Of a stretch of DNA of 64,000 nt, positions 40,752 through 64,000 are shown piece after piece. Origin of the DNA: Daphnia carinata (Eukaryota); assembly GCF_022539665.2 (NCBI RefSeq), contig NC_081331.1, positions 2,418,001 to 2,482,000 on the forward strand, read 5' to 3'. The first letter of the stretch is position 1. Each line of letters starts with the position of its first letter. The position numbers were made by a program, and so were the translations under genes. The notes below the pieces were generated by a model. It was not told where the DNA came from and ran no database searches. It saw only the letters and a list, made by a program, of their open reading frames with translations.

Positions 40752-42153
40752 ATGTTCAGGCCATTCTCTATCGTCCAGCAATGGATTTCCATTTTATCCT
40801 CTCGGAATTACTCGAAAATCGGGGTCATTGGAGCTCCATTCGACAAAGGACAAGTATACTGCCATTTTGCTATCGATAGTGATGTTATTTCAATAACATC
40901 CGCTTATTTTAGCGTAAAGAGGGTGCAGCTCTTGGACCAAGCTTCTTACGACAGGCGGGACTAGTAAAACATTTGGAAGGAATTGGTGATTTGAAATTTC
41001 CTTGCTGTGTTTCCTGATTGCACAGACCAGTCTTATAGGCTATGCTTCAACAGGTTGTGATGTTCACGATTTTGGTGATGTTGACTATGAGCCCAGTCAA
41101 GAGGATGAGACTGTTAAGAATGTACGGAACATGAAAAATGTGATAGCTTTCAATGAGAAGGTAACATCTACTCTGCTGTAGTTGCTAAATTGTACGAAAG
41201 TGGATTTAAAAGAAAAAAACTTTTCTACACAGCTATCACAGAAAGTCAGCAACATTATCAAAGATGGTAGAATGTGCCTAACTTTGGGAGGGGACCATTC
41301 CATTGGTGTAGGTACTGTGCATGGGCACCTGAAAGCCCAACCAGAGACATCCCTGCTCTGGGTTGATGCTCACGCCGATATCAACACTCCAGCTACAAGT
41401 AACAGTGGGAACGCACACGGTATGCCACTTTCGTTTCACATCAAGGAGCTAACCGAATACCAACCCGAGTTACCTGGCTTCCAATGGCATAGCCCAATGT
41501 AAAATTTACACGTTTTTTTCTCTTCAAATTTAGGTCAGCAAAACAAAAGTGAATAAACAAATAATTTACTCTTTATAGGATTTCTGCTAGAAATATAGCT
41601 TTCATTGGTCTCCGGGATGTAGAACCTTATGAGAGGTACGGAAAATTCTATACTTGACCACCATTTTCCTAAACGTTTCTTTTAACTCTTAGGTTAATAA
41701 TCGAAAAATTGGGAATGTGTGCCCTGTCTATGGAAGAAGTACATGGAATAGGCATCAAAGAAGCCGTCAAATATGCTTTAAGTCGAATCGACCCACGGAA
41801 TACTAGACACCTCCACGTCAGTTTTGACATCGACGCCCTCGATCCTCTTGAGGCACCATCGACAGGAACCCCAGGTAGTGGGGCTTTATTAATCGCTAAT
41901 CGTCAAGAATAAACTAACCTTCTTTACAGTTCGAGGAGGATTGACGTTGAGAGAAGGAACCGAACTATTAAGGAGTGTGCATCGCACCGGTCGATTGTCT
42001 GCTGTTGATATTGTAGAAGTAAATCCACTCCTTGGCTCAGCAAGTGATTTGAAGATTACACTAGATGCAGCTCGTCACTTGGCAGCAGCAGCAGCTGGTT
42101 ATTACCCAGGTGGATGGGCTCCAAAAGGTATCACCGATATACCCCAGTCTTAA
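40752..42153 (+). CDS. arg: Arginase (possible mitochondrial presequence)
   Basis: '[12 protein letters not shown]', 'LGGDHSIG', '[11 protein letters not shown]', 'SGNAHGMP', 'IGLRDV', '[11 protein letters not shown]', '[13 protein letters not shown]', 'DIVEVNP'. The Mn ligand motifs are present. Confidence 0.96.
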
Positions 42154-43043
42154 ACCAAAGAAGAAATTTGTTAAGTGCATCTTCAACTTTTACGATCTGT
42201 TGATTTTATTCTTTAATCATACATATTAAATTCAGCCAAAAAAAAATTATAATAAAGTAACAAGGCCCAAGAAATCTTACAAGATCCTGTGCCATTCCCT
42301 AAAGATTTTCAAATGGTAGTCTATAACTATTGCTGCCTCGTTTATGGTGTTTTTGTTGCTGCTCATTAATACAAATAATCTCATGCTAATTAATAGTCCT
42401 ACTAGGCTGAACAGCATACCAACAAGTCTTTCTGTTTCGTGCACTTGGAGGCCAAATTCAAGAAAAAAATGTGCTATGTGCCAAAAGGATAGGAATTGAA
42501 TATGTAAGAACAAAACTTATAGTTTAAAAAGTTTATAAAATGGCCACTTTCTTTCACATGGAAGGGATGCAAGAATTTTGTCTGCAACAGGAGATATTGA
42601 GTTAACTAGCAATTATCGGAAATTTGAGCAAAAAAAAAATATCTAATGATTAACTATTGGAGATGAAGAATACTTACATGCAGGAGATGCAGACAGGACG
42701 CAAAATGCGAGTATATAATACACTTCATATCTTGATCGATGTTTCTTTCTCAACTGGGTAGGATCTAGCTCGACACGGTAAGGGGTTTTATGCGTTACCA
42801 CGTTTTTCGAAAGATTGCACAAATATGGCGGGTGCAAAATTTTGCGGGAAAATGGTTTTGTTCGGCTGCTTCGTTACCTTTCCCCTTATTTGACGTTGAA
42901 ATGCCTGAGGCATAGCTACAGGTTCATGGGTTGCTGTTGACCCTGATGCAATTGAGGTTCAGCTGTCCGAGTTGTGCTACAGATTACGGTGCTCAGTGCA
43001 GTCTTGACAGAAACCCCAGGAATACGAAATAATTTTACACAAA

Positions 43044-44450
43044 ATGAAACGTCAATACAATGACACGAAAGTGTGTTTAAAGGTAGTGGAATATTAACTG
43101 AAATTTTTTATGTCGGGTTTCCCACGGTGGAACAAGTGTTTTGTTTCTTTGGCAAAACCCCATTCCATAAGGTCGCTAATCTAAGTTTCTGATGAGTAGG
43201 ACATGCAGGTCAGTTTGACGATGGAACTGAGCTACCCTTTGGAATCGGAATCAAACGTTTTTTATGAAAGTGGACTATCGAAAGTTATGAAACGAACGAA
43301 TACTGTCATTTACTGCCCCTCGAACGAAAAGGACTCAGTAGCCGGCATTCAAAAGGTGGAAATCGTTGGATCGTTGGCCGCCGTCGAATCTGCTCGACTA
43401 TTAATACGGGTTTTAAACAATGTTGTTTAATGCATTCATGGCCATTGCATTTAACTTGACATTTGTTTTTTTAAGGATTACGTACCCATCGGGTTTGTCA
43501 CCAGCTGTAGATCTGATCGAGTCGATTCGCTCGGGACACACCTTCTCGTTGCTCATTTTTCCTCTACGTTTGGTGTTAAGATGGTTTTTAAACTTGTTGA
43601 AGAAGATTCCAGTTATCAGGTGAATATCCGAGGTCATCAATATCGATTTGCGCTGTTAAGGGAAGCAGTATACCATTTCTGTCACATCGTTCAAACTCCT
43701 TCGGTATAAAAATTAAATTTTTGTTTTGGTTTGATCTGCGAAATGCTGATGGTATTTTACTCAGGAATCTGTGGAAATGGATTTAGGATCGTCTTCTCTA
43801 CATGTCAGCCTCGTACGCAACTGCACTCAGTTAATAGAGAAGAAATCGGGTGCTCGAATATGCTGCCCAGCTGATGGCAATTCAGTCTTAGTAAGAGGAT
43901 CTCTAGAAACAGCATATTTTGCCAGTGAAATCATAGCGGTATGTTCCCTTATTCGTCCATTGTACGTCTTTTTAGGTCAATGATTCAATGTGTTCTCCTA
44001 GGGTGTTACTCCATTGCATTTAAAGTTCCAGGGCCCATCGTCTGTCGAGATGAATGAACGCATTCGTTCGATCTCCCGTCAAATGGATATCTCCGTTTCC
44101 ATTGACAAAACGGATTCGGGCATCGACGAACTTAATTTCTCTACATGTGAATGGAATACCCGTAAGTAAAAGGCTTTCATTAAAAGTTCCTAAATAACAG
44201 CTATAATATAGTTAATTTTTAGGTTACCTTTATGAACTTTGGCGTCTGCGTCTAGGTTTGCAGTTAAGTTTTTCTATTTTGCCAACACAGCGCTATCTGT
44301 GGTCGGATTTAGCAGAATTGCCCAACAGTTTCTGTAAGTTGTTTGGGTATCTTGCAAATCTTTTTCAGTTGAATGATAGTCTAAATTTCGGTAGTTAGGA
44401 AAGTAAACTCCACAATTTTCGGGCCTCAACGTGAAGAGCTAGCCCTAGAA
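43044..44450 (+). CDS. Divergent Bicaudal-C/GLD-3-like multi-KH-domain protein (ends approximate)
   Basis: Spliced product 'VSLTMELSY...SKVMKRTNTVIYCP...KVEIVGSLAAVESARLLIRDYVP', 'IEKKSGARICCP...SVLVRGSLETAYFASEIIAGVLPLHLKF', 'EWNTRYLYELWRLRLG' follows the KH/KH-like alternation of the BicC N-terminus as I recall it. Confidence 0.6.
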
Positions 44451-46194
44451 GGGCATAGGACATCTTGTGATGAAATTTTAAACTTAAGGTTTGTCTTTAG
44501 TCATGTTTCCTATAGAACTGTACATCTTTCTTAATTGTTTTTTTTTTTTCATGCAGACGCATTTGAGGCAAGTTGCAGTTGCACTGGGCCAATTGACGAA
44601 CAATCTGGTTTTTACGTCAAGTTCGAATCCCAGTTCACAAACCTATGCTTCATGCATTTTTAAAGATTTCCAATCATGCCTTACAACGTGTTTAGAAACG
44701 TCTGTAGAGCTTTAATCCTTTGTACCCTATGTTAAAAACAATATTCAATCGAGTTTCGAACGAGAAAAAAAAACTAATTCTGTTCTTTTAAAAGTTTGTT
44801 CAAAAATATCACGGAAGGTTTGTTTCTTTAAATAAAATGTACTTACCCAGAAAGCTTAATAAAATAAAATGGTGAAAATAAACTTACATTTCTTGTTTTG
44901 TGTAGCCTAGAAGAAAAGCATTTAAAAACGAGTAAACGACAAATGTATTTGGTATATAATTCAAAATTAAACGTAAAATATGGTCAGTCGTCGGACGTCT
45001 AGTGTGCAATAACTTGCTTTAACATCTCGTCATCGTTATGTGGATATGGAATAGTTTGTACGGTTTGCTAGGTCGACACTGACACACTTGTACGAATTCA
45101 CATATTGCGATGAAAAATTATGTAAAGGAACCAACATGCAATATAACGGGATGAAGGAGACCATGGAACGGCGCAAAATATGTAGCAAGGGGGTAAAAAT
45201 GGCAAACATCCAAATTTGTACATGTATGTCACATCGTCATTATGATTTACAAATGGATGAACTTTAAAATATCATTTAGTACGTGAAAGGGATTGAAATG
45301 ATGACGGCAATCCGTCTAATATTTCATTCCTTGATTGCACAGAATCACCAACTCGGCCCAGCAATGCATCGTACAAAACTCTTCATTAACTCTTTTAACT
45401 TACTGGCCAAACCATGAACTGGTGGACCATTTCTACTGCCACCCACCCGTAGGCATGAAATCATTCCATACAAAGTTTAAATACTAGCTTCAAATTTGTA
45501 AAGAGAAGGCTGCTAAAATGACCTATAAAGCCCGTCAAGAAATGCTATTGGAATGAAAACAACCAGTTTAAAAAGGTACTGAATGAACAACAGAGTTTAC
45601 CTTAACAGAAACCATGATTTAGGGGAAATGCACTCACTCTAGGCCATATAATGATGTGATATGATCTATTGGGCCAATCTATTGCAGGGGCGGATATAGC
45701 ACACATTTCTGTGGTATCGGCCATTTTGTTATATCCGCCATTTGATCATGATGTACAGCCGGAATCTGTAATGTAATTGGCTTCCTTTCCTCACTCTGCG
45801 CACGAAGACGCGGTGGCAATAGTACGAATAAAATCGCGTAAACAGTGAGGAAAGAAACTTTGTTAAATTACCTGATGGCGATGATTCTGGATTTGAAAAA
45901 AAAAAAAAAATGCACAACACTTGGCGACCTCATTATCGGCAATGCATCGCATCAAGCCTTAACCACTAGGTGATACATTCCATTACATTACATTTTTCGG
46001 CCACTCCATAAGCGTAAAAGGGTCATTGTCCGTGCGAGTTATCACAGGTGGGAATGGGGGAGGGACTAAATAGAACACACACACAAGACGAATAGGGATT
46101 ATGGTTTAAGTGTTAAATAACACAACCAATTGGGTCACGAATGAAATACACCATATTAAGCCCAGGATGGGACGTCACATCAAATCGAAAGATT

Positions 46195-64000
<17,806 letters not shown>

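Overview
Eukaryotic, intron-rich genomic DNA. Compact genes with many ~60-70 nt GT-AG introns, AT-rich spacers and the gene repertoire suggest a crustacean such as Daphnia (inference). From left to right the window holds: the 3' part of a P5B-type ATPase (ATP13A-like) that has lost every catalytic motif yet splices in frame; a short ionotropic receptor (-); an alpha-amylase with an extra C-terminal domain (+); a ~2 kb nested direct/inverted repeat block; CWF19L2 (-) and RPA2 (+) head-to-head; two tandem SLC5 sodium/solute symporters (-); two paralogous secreted prepro-proteins (+); a ~5 kb non-coding region with a CCGTTA motif cluster; a GT31 beta-1,3-glycosyltransferase (+); ATXN7L3/SGF11 (-); arginase (+); a degenerate Bicaudal-C-like KH protein (+); and the 3' ~18 kb of a long-intron PDE3 gene (-). 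The strongest candidates for something new are the catalytically dead P5B-ATPase, the furin-flanked Gly-rich cationic peptide precursors, and the GXXG-less, SAM-less BicC-like protein. Exon boundaries were assigned by hand, and family assignments rest on remembered motifs, not database searches.
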